In this document: piece by piece, positions 9,553-18,720 of the stretch
How the letters are laid out: each line of letters opens with the position of its first letter
How positions within the stretch are numbered: position 1 is the stretch's first letter
NCBI GenBank assembly: GCA_965218975.1
Contig: OZ244717.1
Location: 352,001 to 416,000 of the forward strand
From: Candidatus Oxydemutatoraceae bacterium
GTDB taxonomy: Bacteria; Pseudomonadota; Gammaproteobacteria; Poriferisulfidales; Oxydemutatoraceae
Length of the DNA: 64,000 nucleotides
Direction of reading: 5' to 3'
The notes under the pieces: model-generated
Told to the model about the DNA's origin: nothing
Database searches by the model: none
The model's input: the letters and a program-made list of their open reading frames with translations, nothing else
Position numbers and translations under genes: made by a program

Positions 9553-10914
9553 TTAGTCAGTGCAATCACATGGCAACATGGCCTTGGTTTCAGTGAGCGC
9601 TTGGACTCCGCGGTCCGCAATGTTTCGGTAAGTCATCTTGCTGTTCGTTCCAAAGAAACCGACTGTACCGTCAATGCCTCGTTGTTCTGCTGTCAAATCC
9701 CGAGTGTAGGTATCCTCTATACGAGCCCACCAAGCGACATCCATCGGTGTGTTCTGCTGACTGTTAGGTAAATCTGCCTCGCATTCCGAATGAATACTCT
9801 CATAAACCTTAGTCAGGTTTGATGTTCCCTTGAGAAAACAGTAAACACAATTGGACAGATGCCCGGTCGCGGGGAGTTTCAATTCAAAATCCTTGTTTTT
9901 CCGCCAGAATGCCTTAACGTCTTCTTTTTTTACACACATGTCTGAAAGCGGCATATAGACATGTTCTCCTTCATACTCCCGAACCTCAGAACTGCCCGAG
10001 ATTCTCGCTTCGACACGTTGCACACGTGCCTCTTCATCTCCCCTCAACCCGATAAAAGCGACATATTGCACTCCACCCTCGCCAAATACAGCATTCCCCC
10101 CATACGCTTTCCCATCCAAGAGCTTACTGTCCATGGCGTCTGATGCTGTCGAAAAATCCTTATAACGTTGCTCCGGACGACATACCGGCTGTGACATCAC
10201 AAATTTCTTCTTGGCCAGAAAAATATCTCTTGGGACCCCGCCATTATTGCGACGGTGGCGTTGATAAAGCGTTTCCTCATCAACCTGGGGCTTATTCTCC
10301 CAATGGCCAAGACGAGGAATGATTTTTTTGCAGGCCAGCCAGTCGCGCAGAAACATTCGTGTTGTCTCAAGTTTCAGAGTTGCTGTGCAGGTCCGGCGGA
10401 ACTGGTTGGGAACATACCCTGACCACGACAACATCTCCTCAAAGACCTCGCCCCTCCAGCAGTAACCATCCGGGTTATTTTCCGAACGAGGCTTGGCATT
10501 CACTAGCCGATAGGAAGGCAAACGAGTCCAGTCGCCGTTGCGCACATCTTCATAGGTTTGATACTCGATCAGAAAAAATGGAATTCCGTAGCAAGATTCT
10601 GCTCGTTTCTTGCATTGGGCTACAAAGTCATAGGTGGCCGGATGTTCGGCAGCAGTATTGTTAAAGAGTATGACATCACCGCGCTCGGCCTTTAGTACAC
10701 GGTTTTCCAGCAGAGTAAACAAAAGCATTCCGCTGGATCGACCGCCGGAGAATTTGACAACGTGAGGAAAATTCTCGTGCCTTTTAGACCGATATCGAAA
10801 CTGATACTCGAACTCCGGATCGTATTTTTTTGGTTTGCGAAGGCGTTTCGAAACTACTAGCTTGGGAATTCCTTTTACAGAATGTTTAACAAGATTTTCT
10901 ACAACGGTCTGCAT
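9553..10914 (-). CDS. PAPS-reductase-like / DndC-SspD-like PP-loop protein with Cys motifs suggesting an Fe-S cluster
   Basis: PP-loop KFSGGRSSG, FNNTAAEH, RRTCTATLK, IGLRGDEEARV, SNCVYCFLK and C-terminal PCDCTD. Confidence 0.8.
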   Translation of the reverse strand: MQTVVENLVKHSVKGIPKLVVSKRLRKPKKYDPEFEYQFRYRSKRHENFPHVVKFSGGRSSGMLLFTLLENRVLKAERGDVILFNNTAAEHPATYDFVAQCKKRAESCYGIPFFLIEYQTYEDVRNGDWTRLPSYRLVNAKPRSENNPDGYCWRGEVFEEMLSWSGYVPNQFRRTCTATLKLETTRMFLRDWLACKKIIPRLGHWENKPQVDEETLYQRHRRNNGGVPRDIFLAKKKFVMSQPVCRPEQRYKDFSTASDAMDSKLLDGKAYGGNAVFGEGGVQYVAFIGLRGDEEARVQRVEARISGSSEVREYEGEHVYMPLSDMCVKKEDVKAFWRKNKDFELKLPATGHLSNCVYCFLKGTSNLTKVYESIHSECEADLPNSQQNTPMDVAWWARIEDTYTRDLTAEQRGIDGTVGFFGTNSKMTYRNIADRGVQALTETKAMLPCDCTD

Positions 10915-10969
10915 TACGGCCTGCCTCCAAAAATCCGGGAATTATTAAGATTCGTTGACAAGGACTGAC

Positions 10970-11516
10970 TTATTCAACCTCTTCCATGATTGGTTTTCCC
11001 TTGCGACCTACCCGCATTCTAAACTTTCTTTGCAAGTCTTTCTTGAAAACATAGGTTCGATTAAGAGGGTAAAACTCGTTCATCATCGAAAGTTTAGACA
11101 TGACAAAAGAGTCTTTATCGTAATTTTCATCAAAATCGCAACCCCATCCAAAGCAAACAAACGGCGTCAGAGCCTCATGGTTCATCGCTGCCCTGATGCC
11201 TATCAGATTCTTGCCAAGTCGTTCTATAGCGTTTCCTTGTGCCTGTTTTTTCTTTCCTTCCTGTTCACGTTCCCTATTCGTTCCCTGTTTCTTTATTTCT
11301 GAAACAACAATCAATTTGCGGTAGTTGGCATCATTTTCCTTTCTCAGCCAGATTACCCCGCCATCGGGTATTATTGTTCAATCAGTAAACACCAAATCAA
11401 ACTCATGTCTCTGGCCGGCCCCTTTGATTATAGATGGCTTTGTCGCTCCGTTTGGAGTCTTTATTCTTGACCTTGTGTTGCGCCGTGTTTTGGCGCAGAT
11501 CCTCTGCTCTAGCCAC
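10970..11516 (-). pseudogene. Degraded EcoRI-family type II restriction endonuclease
   Basis: Fragments read GTG-ARAEDLRQNTAQHK..., FTD*TIIPDGG (in-frame TGA), SEIKKQG and QAQGNAIERLGKN...PFVCFGWGCDF, matching the EcoRI-like PD..ExK and GNAIER motifs. Internal deletion/frameshift. Confidence 0.75.
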
Positions 11517-12127
11517 TGTAGAAATAATGCCCCTTTTAGCCCATGAATATTGAAAATCAAAACTTCACTATGGAATAGAACATCGTTGTATATGTCTTTC
11601 GGCAAGGCCACTATAGACGTGATTTCAGGGTAGGTTCCATCTACAAAACGCATCCAACGCTTGCTATTCAGAGTCTGGTTAAGACGTAACCCATAAGGCG
11701 CAAACAAAACAATCGGGATGTTTTTACCAAATAACTCTATCGTTTTACGCAACCAGACTTCAAGTAAAAGCGGACGTCTGCCGAATGTTTCCGATACCAA
11801 CTGTTTTGTTTTTTCTTCAATATTAAAAGGCGGGTTCGCAATGACAAGTGCGGGTTTTTCCACTTCACCTCTTGAAAGGGAAATAAAATCCCTGACAATC
11901 GTGTCGGGAAATCCTTGATCCTCTATGTCAACCCCTTTTGTTTTGAACCCCGCTTGCTTAAAAGGGATAAGAAGCGAACCCTTACCTACACACGGGTCAA
12001 ATACGATTCTGTCGGATTTGATTTTCTTATGAACAATACTAAACAGGAATTGGCTTAATTCCGGCGGGGTGTAGACTGTGGAGTTCTTTTGCTCCTTGTA
12101 AAAGTCGTTGCGGTCAACGCGATACAT
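11378..12127 (-). CDS. N6-adenine DNA methyltransferase, cognate of the EcoRI-like remnant; 3' end probably frameshifted
   Basis: VYTP, DPCVGKG and ANPPF motifs. Removing one G from the AAAAGGGG run gives a natural end GLKGHYFYSG* overlapping the REase GTG start. Confidence 0.82.
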   Translation of the reverse strand: MYRVDRNDFYKEQKNSTVYTPPELSQFLFSIVHKKIKSDRIVFDPCVGKGSLLIPFKQAGFKTKGVDIEDQGFPDTIVRDFISLSRGEVEKPALVIANPPFNIEEKTKQLVSETFGRRPLLLEVWLRKTIELFGKNIPIVLFAPYGLRLNQTLNSKRWMRFVDGTYPEITSIVALPKDIYNDVLFHSEVLIFNIHGLKGALFLQWLEQRICAKTRRNTRSRIKTPNGATKPSIIKGAGQRHEFDLVFTD

Positions 12128-12630
12128 TCATGCTACCAGTTTCTCAAACGTTACGGTCTTCCCAACCATGGCCTTAAACAGGTCATCCGGTTTGTCTTGT
12201 GTATCACGAGCAACATTGTCTTCATTCAGGCGAAAGGTGAACTCGTTGACGTACTGCCGGCAATGCTTCTTGCTCCAATTGTGGTAAACACCATTGAAGC
12301 TGCGTTTGATGAGCAACCATACAGACTCGACCCCGTTTGGTATGAGCCGTCCCGTTCACATACTCTCTGGCCGAATGGTTGACCTTTGCCTTTATACCCC
12401 CTGTAATCATCGGTGTAAGGAGTAGAGCCAAGCTCAATGTGCTCGCGGAATGGCATTGCTGGTCGTTTCATGGTCCTCGGCCCGTATCGGCATGGCCTTT
12501 ATATGGCCGCCACGCTCCTGCATCCCCAGCACGGCCCGTTCGTCTACCGATCCTCGTCCAGCTTTCAGCTTCTTGTCCATGTGCTTGTTCTTTCATTTAC
12601 GGGCATCCATGAGCTTGTTGTGCTCAAAAA
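12128..12630 (-). pseudogene. Degenerate second IS1595-family transposase copy
   Basis: C-terminal KRSFNGVYHNWSKKHCRQYVNEFTFRLNE...LFKAMVGKT is nearly identical to the 3252 copy; YTDDYRGY and HSAREYVNG fragments lie in different frames. Confidence 0.85.
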
Positions 12631-12904
12631 GACTTAGCGTTTTAGCGTGTTTTCTAGACATCTTTCTTGTTCCTACAGAATATGAATTAATGCCTTTGAA
12701 GCCCCGCAACTTTGAAGAATATGGGCTAGTGATTATACACGCTTCGCTTCTGCTCTCCCGCTTCTCTCCTTACCTTTCTGCACAGGAGGCATGTCAACAG
12801 ATGAGCCAACGACATGCCCTTCAAACTACCTCAATCGGTCGCAAGGCAGTGCCTTATTGGTCGTTCCCCCGTTCGCGGGTGCATAAGCTCAGAAACATTT
12901 GAAA

Positions 12905-13387
12905 CCGTTTTGTGTTTGGTGGCAGATTGTCGGCGGATTGTGCCGGATTATTGGTGGATTGTTGGTAGGTTGTGCCGGATTATTAGCAAAGTGCATGTCG
13001 TCCATGACGCGACTGGGTTCTGTCAACAAGCCCCAGCCCCGACATCCTTGTCGGGTCGTTCGCCGCTGAAAACCGTTCGGTTTTCCGGGCGCGGCTTACC
13101 CATGACGCGACTGGGTTCTGTCAACAAGCCCCAGCCCCGACATCCTTGTCGGGTCGTTCGCCGCTGAAAACCGATCGGTTTTCCGGGCGCGGCTTACCCA
13201 TGACGAGACTGGGTTCTGTCAACAAGCCCCAGCCCCGACATCCCTGTCGGGTCGTTCGCCGCTGAAAACCGTTCGGTTTTCCGGGCGCGTCTCACCCGAC
13301 AACGGACAGAAAGCACCGATCCGAATGTTGCTGCCGAATGCTTCCCCGGAAGCCCTTCAAGAATCCCATTTAGGGTGGCATCGTACA
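12905..13387. repeat. Palindromic repeat cluster 1: GT-rich 11-mers, three tandem 98-bp units (13003, 13101, 13199) and an 86-bp tail module
   Basis: The unit contains the palindromes CCCGAC-N6-GTCGGG and GAAAACCG-NN-CGGTTTTC. Tail module ACGGACAGAAAGCACCGATCCGAATG...CCCATTTAGGGTGGCATCGTACA at 13302-13387. Confidence 0.92.
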
Positions 13388-13390
13388 TTC

Positions 13391-13419
13391 TTGACAAGCC
13401 CGCCGCTTTCCCCTAACCT
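13391..13419 (+). promoter_or_regulatory. Sigma70-type promoter for the 13513 gene
   Basis: TTGACA-N17-TAACCT, with an AGGAG ribosome-binding site before the ATG at 13513. Confidence 0.6.
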
Positions 13420-13512
13420 GAGCTTAAGTTACGAGGCGCAGGCCTTATTCTTTACTCGCCCGCGGGGAGGATCCTCGCGGGGACCTTCCAGCGGTAACAA
13501 CAGGAGACTATT

Positions 13513-13722
13513 ATGGAAATTACTGCTGAGAAATTTGAGCAGGAGCTTCAAAAGCTTGAACAGAGGCTTGAGCGAAAGTTTGATACGAAGCTTGATACGA
13601 AGTTTGATAAGCTCGAAGCCAAACTCGACTCGGTGAAGACTTGGTTTGTCGGTTTAATGGTCACTACCGTTTTAGTCGTGACCGCGTTGATGACAACATT
13701 CGTCAACATTAACATGAACTAA
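13513..13722 (+). CDS. Small coiled-coil protein with a C-terminal transmembrane anchor (Bdr/DUF1640/CCDC90-like architecture)
   Basis: Repetitive KFDTKLDTKFDKLEAKLD segment followed by the hydrophobic WFVGLMVTTVLVVTALMT; good RBS and promoter. Confidence 0.75.
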   Translation: MEITAEKFEQELQKLEQRLERKFDTKLDTKFDKLEAKLDSVKTWFVGLMVTTVLVVTALMTTFVNINMN

Positions 13723-13834
13723 CCCGGGCATCACCGCCTATTCTTAAAACTTGGTTTCGCGTCTGCTCGCGAAATCCTACTCTAAATTGATGATACAAAC
13801 CATGGGTTTTTATCCTTAGCCTGCCTATCAGCAT

Positions 13835-14197
13835 CGTTCGCCGCTGAAAACCGTTCGGTTTTCCGGGCGCGGCTCACCTGTTTTGTGTTTGGTGGTAGAT
13901 TGTCGGCGGATTGTGCCGGGTTGTTGGTGGATTGTTGGTAGGTTGTGCCGGATTATTAGCAAAGTGCATGTCGTCCATGACGAGACTTCGTGCTGTTAAT
14001 GAACCCCAGCCCCGACATCCTTGTCGGGTCGTTCGCCGCCCGCTAAAAAAGGTGGCACCGTTCGGTTTTCCGGGGCGCGGCTCACCCATGACGAGACTTG
14101 GTTCTGTCAATGAGCCCCAGCCCCGACATCCCTGTCGGGTCGTTCGCCGCTGAAAACCCCGCTGAAAACCGTTCAGTTTTCCGGGCGCAGCTCACCC
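13835..14197. repeat. Palindromic repeat cluster 2 (same 98-bp family, with variants)
   Basis: Same CCCCAGCCCCGACATCC..GTCGGGTCGTTCGCCGCTGAAAACC core and GT-rich 11-mers. Confidence 0.9.
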
Positions 14198-14390
14198 TGC
14201 GGCGTCAGGGTGGGCCTTATCCGCACGTAGCGGTCAACCGTATATAGCGTCAGGCATGCGAGCCGAAATCGGACAGCGCCGGCAACCGATATATCCTCGC
14301 ATCCCGGTAACATTGCCTGCGCGGACCGCGCAGCTCATTGGGTTACAATACCCCGTAGCTAAAAATAAAAAAGGTCTGACTGACAACTAC

Positions 14391-16007
14391 ATGTTTTACC
14401 TAGATACGACAACGCCTTTATTTCAAGACAAAGAGAATCAAGACCTGATTACCATATATCAGGCGAGTGTTTGGATATCAAAGCACCTAAACAAAGAAGT
14501 AACCTCCTCCAATATCTCGTATCTAATCCAATACGGAAGGATTGCCAAATATTCGGAGAACGGGACAACCGCGGTCAGTAAAAACGAGCTGGTCAATTAC
14601 TATAAAGGCTTTCTTCAGGACCGGGAAAGTGTTTGGAAGAATAAGCTCGGGGACGACCTAAACTGGAATCTTTCATTCGACTTCCTCAGAGAGAAAGACA
14701 CAACGAAGCATGTGCATCGATTTCATCCCTACAAGGGGAAGTTTATCCCTCAATTAGTTGAGTATTTCTTGGATGGCCACACGGATGAGTTTAAAAAAGA
14801 GGCCTTTTTCCAAACCGGGGATATTGTTTTAGACCCGTTCTGCGGCAGCGGAACAACGCTGGTGCAAGCAAACGAACTCGGAATGCACGCCGTCGGCGTT
14901 GACATTTCAGCTTTCAATACTTTGATTGCCAACGTAAAAATAGCGAAGTATGACCTCAACGAGCTGCGCAACGAACTGAGATGCATAGGCCTTTTACTTC
15001 GGCGGAAAACATACGATTCTCCGAATATTGAGTTTGAAAGAGAATTGTCGGAAGCGTTAAACGTCTTTAATAAAAACAACTTTCCGACACCGGATTTCAA
15101 AAGAAAGCTTCGGGTAAAGGAAATAGATGAAAAAACTTATGCCTGCGAAAAAGAGAAGGAATTTATGCCTGCTTATGACAAATTGGTTAAGAGGCATCGT
15201 ATTCAAATTAAGCAGACTAAAACCGGCCGTTTTACGGACAAGTGGTTTTTGAGGCCCGTAAAGGATGAGATAGAGTTGTTGCTCAAACAAATCAGGGAAG
15301 TCAAGAATGAGCGCATCAGAAAAATCTTGGAAATCGTTTTAAGCAGAACCGTTCGGTCGTGCCGAGCTACGACCCATGCCGACCTGGCCACCTTGAAAGA
15401 GCCCGTAACAAAACCGTATTACTGCAAAAAACACGGCAAGATTTGCAAGCCCTTGTTTTCTGTCCGGTCGTGGTGGAAGAGATACGGTGAGGACACTTTA
15501 ATCAGGATTCAGGCATTTAATACTCTGCGCACTGAAACCAAACAAATCTGCCTGCAGGGAGATTCGAGAACAATAAACTTGATTGATCGCCTGCCGGGGA
15601 AAGAGAAGCGCCTTGCGGGACTTATAAAAAGCAAAGGAATAAACGGCATATTTACCAGTCCTCCTTATGTCGGACTGATTGACTACCACGAACAGCACGC
15701 CTACGCATACGACCTATTTGGCTACAAAAGAAACGACCGGCTTGAAATAGGCCCCCTGTCCGAAGGGCAAGGCGCTATAGCAAGACAAACTTACTCGGAG
15801 TCAATTGCCGAAGTGCTACGAAATTGCAGAAAATACCTTGCGAAGGACTTTAATGTTTTTCTTGTCGCGAATGATAAATACAACTTGTATCCATCAATCG
15901 CCAAACTTGCCGATATGCGCATAGCGAATACGTATAAGCGACCGGTTCTTAACCGAACGGAAAGGGATAAAGGGGCTTATTCGGAGATGATATTTCACTT
16001 GAAATAA
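14391..16007 (+). CDS. Alpha-class N4-cytosine DNA methyltransferase with an N-terminal HTH-like extension, M.MjaII-like
   Basis: HRFHPYKGKFIPQLV, DPFCGSGTT and C-terminal TSPPY. The start is more likely ATG 14391 than 14256. Confidence 0.88.
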   Translation: MFYLDTTTPLFQDKENQDLITIYQASVWISKHLNKEVTSSNISYLIQYGRIAKYSENGTTAVSKNELVNYYKGFLQDRESVWKNKLGDDLNWNLSFDFLREKDTTKHVHRFHPYKGKFIPQLVEYFLDGHTDEFKKEAFFQTGDIVLDPFCGSGTTLVQANELGMHAVGVDISAFNTLIANVKIAKYDLNELRNELRCIGLLLRRKTYDSPNIEFERELSEALNVFNKNNFPTPDFKRKLRVKEIDEKTYACEKEKEFMPAYDKLVKRHRIQIKQTKTGRFTDKWFLRPVKDEIELLLKQIREVKNERIRKILEIVLSRTVRSCRATTHADLATLKEPVTKPYYCKKHGKICKPLFSVRSWWKRYGEDTLIRIQAFNTLRTETKQICLQGDSRTINLIDRLPGKEKRLAGLIKSKGINGIFTSPPYVGLIDYHEQHAYAYDLFGYKRNDRLEIGPLSEGQGAIARQTYSESIAEVLRNCRKYLAKDFNVFLVANDKYNLYPSIAKLADMRIANTYKRPVLNRTERDKGAYSEMIFHLK

Positions 16008-16015
16008 AAAACAGA

Positions 16016-16801
16016 ATGGCACTTGATGAACGACAAATAACAGGAATCGGGGGCACTATAAGGGAAAGCCTAAGGAATAAGCTCAGCAATTATAAACCCG
16101 AGACAAACCACATGCCCTTTCACTACAGATTGATCGGTAAAGACAGAATGGCGTTGTTTTCTTTTATTCACTCTCTGAATACAACCTTCGGAACTTCTAT
16201 CTTTGAACCTGCGGCAGAAGCTTTGGCGAAACCGAACTTCCGGTCCGTAAACAAACAATACGAAGTCGGCAATAAAATCAGCAAACGGTCCCAGTCCGAA
16301 ATTCAGAGCATTATCAATGATCTTACAACCGGAAAAGACCCGGATAAAAAAGCAGAGAGCGAAAGAATAAGAAAAGTATGTAACAGCGGCAGTATGGAAG
16401 AACTACAAACTGTAAAAGTAGATTTATACGCTCAAAGTTTTGACGGAGTAGTCCATTTGTTCAACCTGAAACCCGCCAAACCGAACATTAGCGACTTCAA
16501 AGACTTTAAAAGAACCCTGTTAGAGTGGACTGCAATTTTTCTGGCCAACAATCCACAAGCAAGAGTAAATTCATATATTGCCATCCCCTACAATCCTTAT
16601 GAACCGAAACCTTACGAGAGATGGACCTTAAAAGGAATGCTAGACTTGGAAAATGAACTGAAGGTTGCGGAAGAGTTCTGGGATTTTTTAGGCAGCGAAG
16701 GCACTTACGAGGACTTGCTCGGATGCTTTGAAAAAGTGGGAGTCGGAATGAAGGAAGAGATAAGCGATTATTTCCAGAGATTTAATCAGGTTTTAATATG
16801 A
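16016..16801 (+). CDS. TdeIII/MjaII-family type II restriction endonuclease (GGNCC-type family); catalytic motif looks atypical
   Basis: MPFHYRLIGKDRMALFSFIHSLNTTFGTSIFEP, KPN and AIPYNPY are characteristic of this family; adjacent to the MTase. Confidence 0.85.
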   Translation: MALDERQITGIGGTIRESLRNKLSNYKPETNHMPFHYRLIGKDRMALFSFIHSLNTTFGTSIFEPAAEALAKPNFRSVNKQYEVGNKISKRSQSEIQSIINDLTTGKDPDKKAESERIRKVCNSGSMEELQTVKVDLYAQSFDGVVHLFNLKPAKPNISDFKDFKRTLLEWTAIFLANNPQARVNSYIAIPYNPYEPKPYERWTLKGMLDLENELKVAEEFWDFLGSEGTYEDLLGCFEKVGVGMKEEISDYFQRFNQVLI

Positions 16802-17047
16802 AAAGGCCAAACCAAAGCGGCCTTGCGGGTAGCCGCCGAAGAATATCCCGCATACCCGGGATACACCGCCGCTTAGTCCATCATGCTAGGAAAGTGCGCA
16901 TAAGGCAAAAATTGCCATTCAAAGATTGCATGGGGCTGTCATAATTTACACACTTGATGTCGCGCGGGTGTCCTCCGCGGGATTGATCCGACCGCGAGGC
17001 AAAGTCAGGCTCCTGCGGGAGCTTCAAAGCAGCCGAGACACAACGGA

Positions 17048-17641
17048 TCAGCAATTCTTAAAGTTCTTCTTAATACATTCGCGAGCAAGGTCTTGCGCTT
17101 TAGAGATATCGGCAGAGGTCATTTTTTTTGCCATCGTCTCTCTTAATTTTCTTCCGTCCTCAGCCCCGTTTGCGGAAGCGATGTTCGCCCACATATGGGC
17201 ATAAACATTATCCTTTATTAACCCCCGACCTAAAGCATACATCAAACCCAGATTATTTTGCGCGGACGCATGTCTCTGTCCGGCGGCGAGCCTGTACCAT
17301 TTCACTGCCTCGCGATAATCTTGAGGAACACCGTCTCCGTTGCGATACATCACACCCAGACTGTGCTGCGCGTCCGCATGTCCCTGTTCGGCGGCGAGCC
17401 TGTACCATTTCACTGCTTGCCGACCGTCTTGAGGAACACCGTGTCCGTTGTCATACATCACACCCAGATTGTACTGCGCGGACGCATGTCCCTGTTCGGC
17501 GAGAGGCATCCACTTTTGCAGGGCGGTCGCAAAGTCTCGTTTTAGAGCGACATCCAACCCTTTCTGAAAATCAGCAGAATAGGCAAACGACCCGAATAAG
17601 AGTGCGAACAGTAAAATAGAAATGATAGACAGAGTTCTCAT
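17048..17641 (-). CDS. Secreted Sel1-like repeat protein, about 3 repeats
   Basis: Signal peptide followed by AEQGHAxAQxxLGxMYxNGxGVPQD repeats. Confidence 0.95.
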   Translation of the reverse strand: MRTLSIISILLFALLFGSFAYSADFQKGLDVALKRDFATALQKWMPLAEQGHASAQYNLGVMYDNGHGVPQDGRQAVKWYRLAAEQGHADAQHSLGVMYRNGDGVPQDYREAVKWYRLAAGQRHASAQNNLGLMYALGRGLIKDNVYAHMWANIASANGAEDGRKLRETMAKKMTSADISKAQDLARECIKKNFKNC

Positions 17642-17802
17642 CCTTGGATTGTAATCCGAATAATGTTAACGGCGAAAAGATTGTATGGAGCCGCTGTAGT
17701 TTACACACTCGGTGTTGCGCGGGTGTCCTCTGCGGGATTGACCCGCCCGCGAGGCAAAGTCAGGCTCCTGCGGGAGCTTCAAAGCAGCCGAGACACAACG
17801 GG

Positions 17803-18720
17803 TCAACAATTCTCAAAGTTCTTTACGATGCATTCGCGAGCAAGGTCTTGCGCTTTGGAGATATCGGCAGGGATCATTTGTTCCGCCATTATCTCTTTTA
17901 ATTTTTCGCCGCTTTCATCGCCGTTGATGGAGCCGATGCTTCCCCACATATAAGCATAAATATTATCTTTTGATAACCCTTTACCCAGAGCGTACATCAG
18001 GCCAAGTTTGGTCTGTGCTCTCGCATCCCCCTGTTCGGCAGCGAGTTGGTACCACTTTACCGCTTGCCGATTATCTTGGGGAATGCCGTCTCCGTTATAG
18101 TACATTGATGCAATATTGTACTGTGCCTTTGCATGCCCCTGTTCGGCGGCAAGTTGGTACCACTTTGCTGCTTGCCGACTGTCTTGAGAAATGCCGTCGC
18201 CGTTGTGATACATCACTGCCAGATTGGTCTGTGCGGTAACTCGTCCCTGTTCGGCGGCTAACCTGTACCATTTCACTGCTTGTCGACTGTCTTGAGGAAT
18301 GCCGTCGCCGTTGTCGTACATCAACGCCAGATTAGTCTGTGCTAGCCCTTCTCCTTGTTCAGCAGCTCGCTCGTACCACCTCATCGCCTCGCGATAATCT
18401 TGAGGAACACCGTCGCCGTTGTAGTACATCCATGCCAGATTGGTCTGCGCTTTTACGTCTCCTTGTTCGGCGGCGAGCCTGTACCATTTCACTGCTTGCC
18501 GATCGTCTTGAGGAACGCCGTCGCCGTTGTCGTACATCACGCCCAGATTGCACTGAGCCCTTGCATCTCCCTGCTCGGCGAGAGGCATCCACTCTTGCAG
18601 GGCGGTCGCAAAGTCTCGTTTTAGAGCGGCATCCAACCCTTTCTGAAAATCAGCGGAGTAAGCGGACACACCAAACAGGAGCGTATGCAGTAAAACAGAA
18701 ACGACAAACAGAGATTTCAT
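17803..18720 (-). CDS. Secreted Sel1-like repeat protein, about 6 repeats; tandem paralog of 17048..17641
   Basis: Same N-terminal (ADFQKGLD) and C-terminal (DISKAQDLARECI) caps, with more 36-aa repeats. Confidence 0.95.
   Translation of the reverse strand: MKSLFVVSVLLHTLLFGVSAYSADFQKGLDAALKRDFATALQEWMPLAEQGDARAQCNLGVMYDNGDGVPQDDRQAVKWYRLAAEQGDVKAQTNLAWMYYNGDGVPQDYREAMRWYERAAEQGEGLAQTNLALMYDNGDGIPQDSRQAVKWYRLAAEQGRVTAQTNLAVMYHNGDGISQDSRQAAKWYQLAAEQGHAKAQYNIASMYYNGDGIPQDNRQAVKWYQLAAEQGDARAQTKLGLMYALGKGLSKDNIYAYMWGSIGSINGDESGEKLKEIMAEQMIPADISKAQDLARECIVKNFENC

Noticed and set aside
8394-10914. Housekeeping iscS/cysH (Fe-S assembly or sulfate assimilation)
   Set aside because: No iscRUA, suf or cysDNIJ neighbours; the PP-loop protein lacks the CysH ECGLH-type tail, and the genes are coupled to a GHKL ATPase in a defence island.
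4645-10914. Canonical SspABCD, BREX type 4 or TdpABC
   Set aside because: No P-loop ATPase (SspC, BrxC, HerA-like), PglZ or recognisable SspB is present; the only ATPase is GHKL-type.
1-12630. cas genes or a CRISPR-associated role for the adjacent island
   Set aside because: No Cas1/2/3/5/6/7/8 motifs were recognised. The cas operon is probably upstream of the window, and adjacency alone does not show functional coupling.
12814-14153. ORFs over repeat clusters (also 38227-38919)
   Set aside because: They are translations of the non-coding repeat in several frames, with no coherent protein features.
12905-14197. 98-bp tandem repeats as a second CRISPR array or integron attC sites
   Set aside because: The units abut without unique spacers, vary in length and are dispersed; there is no integrase and no clear attC core pairing.
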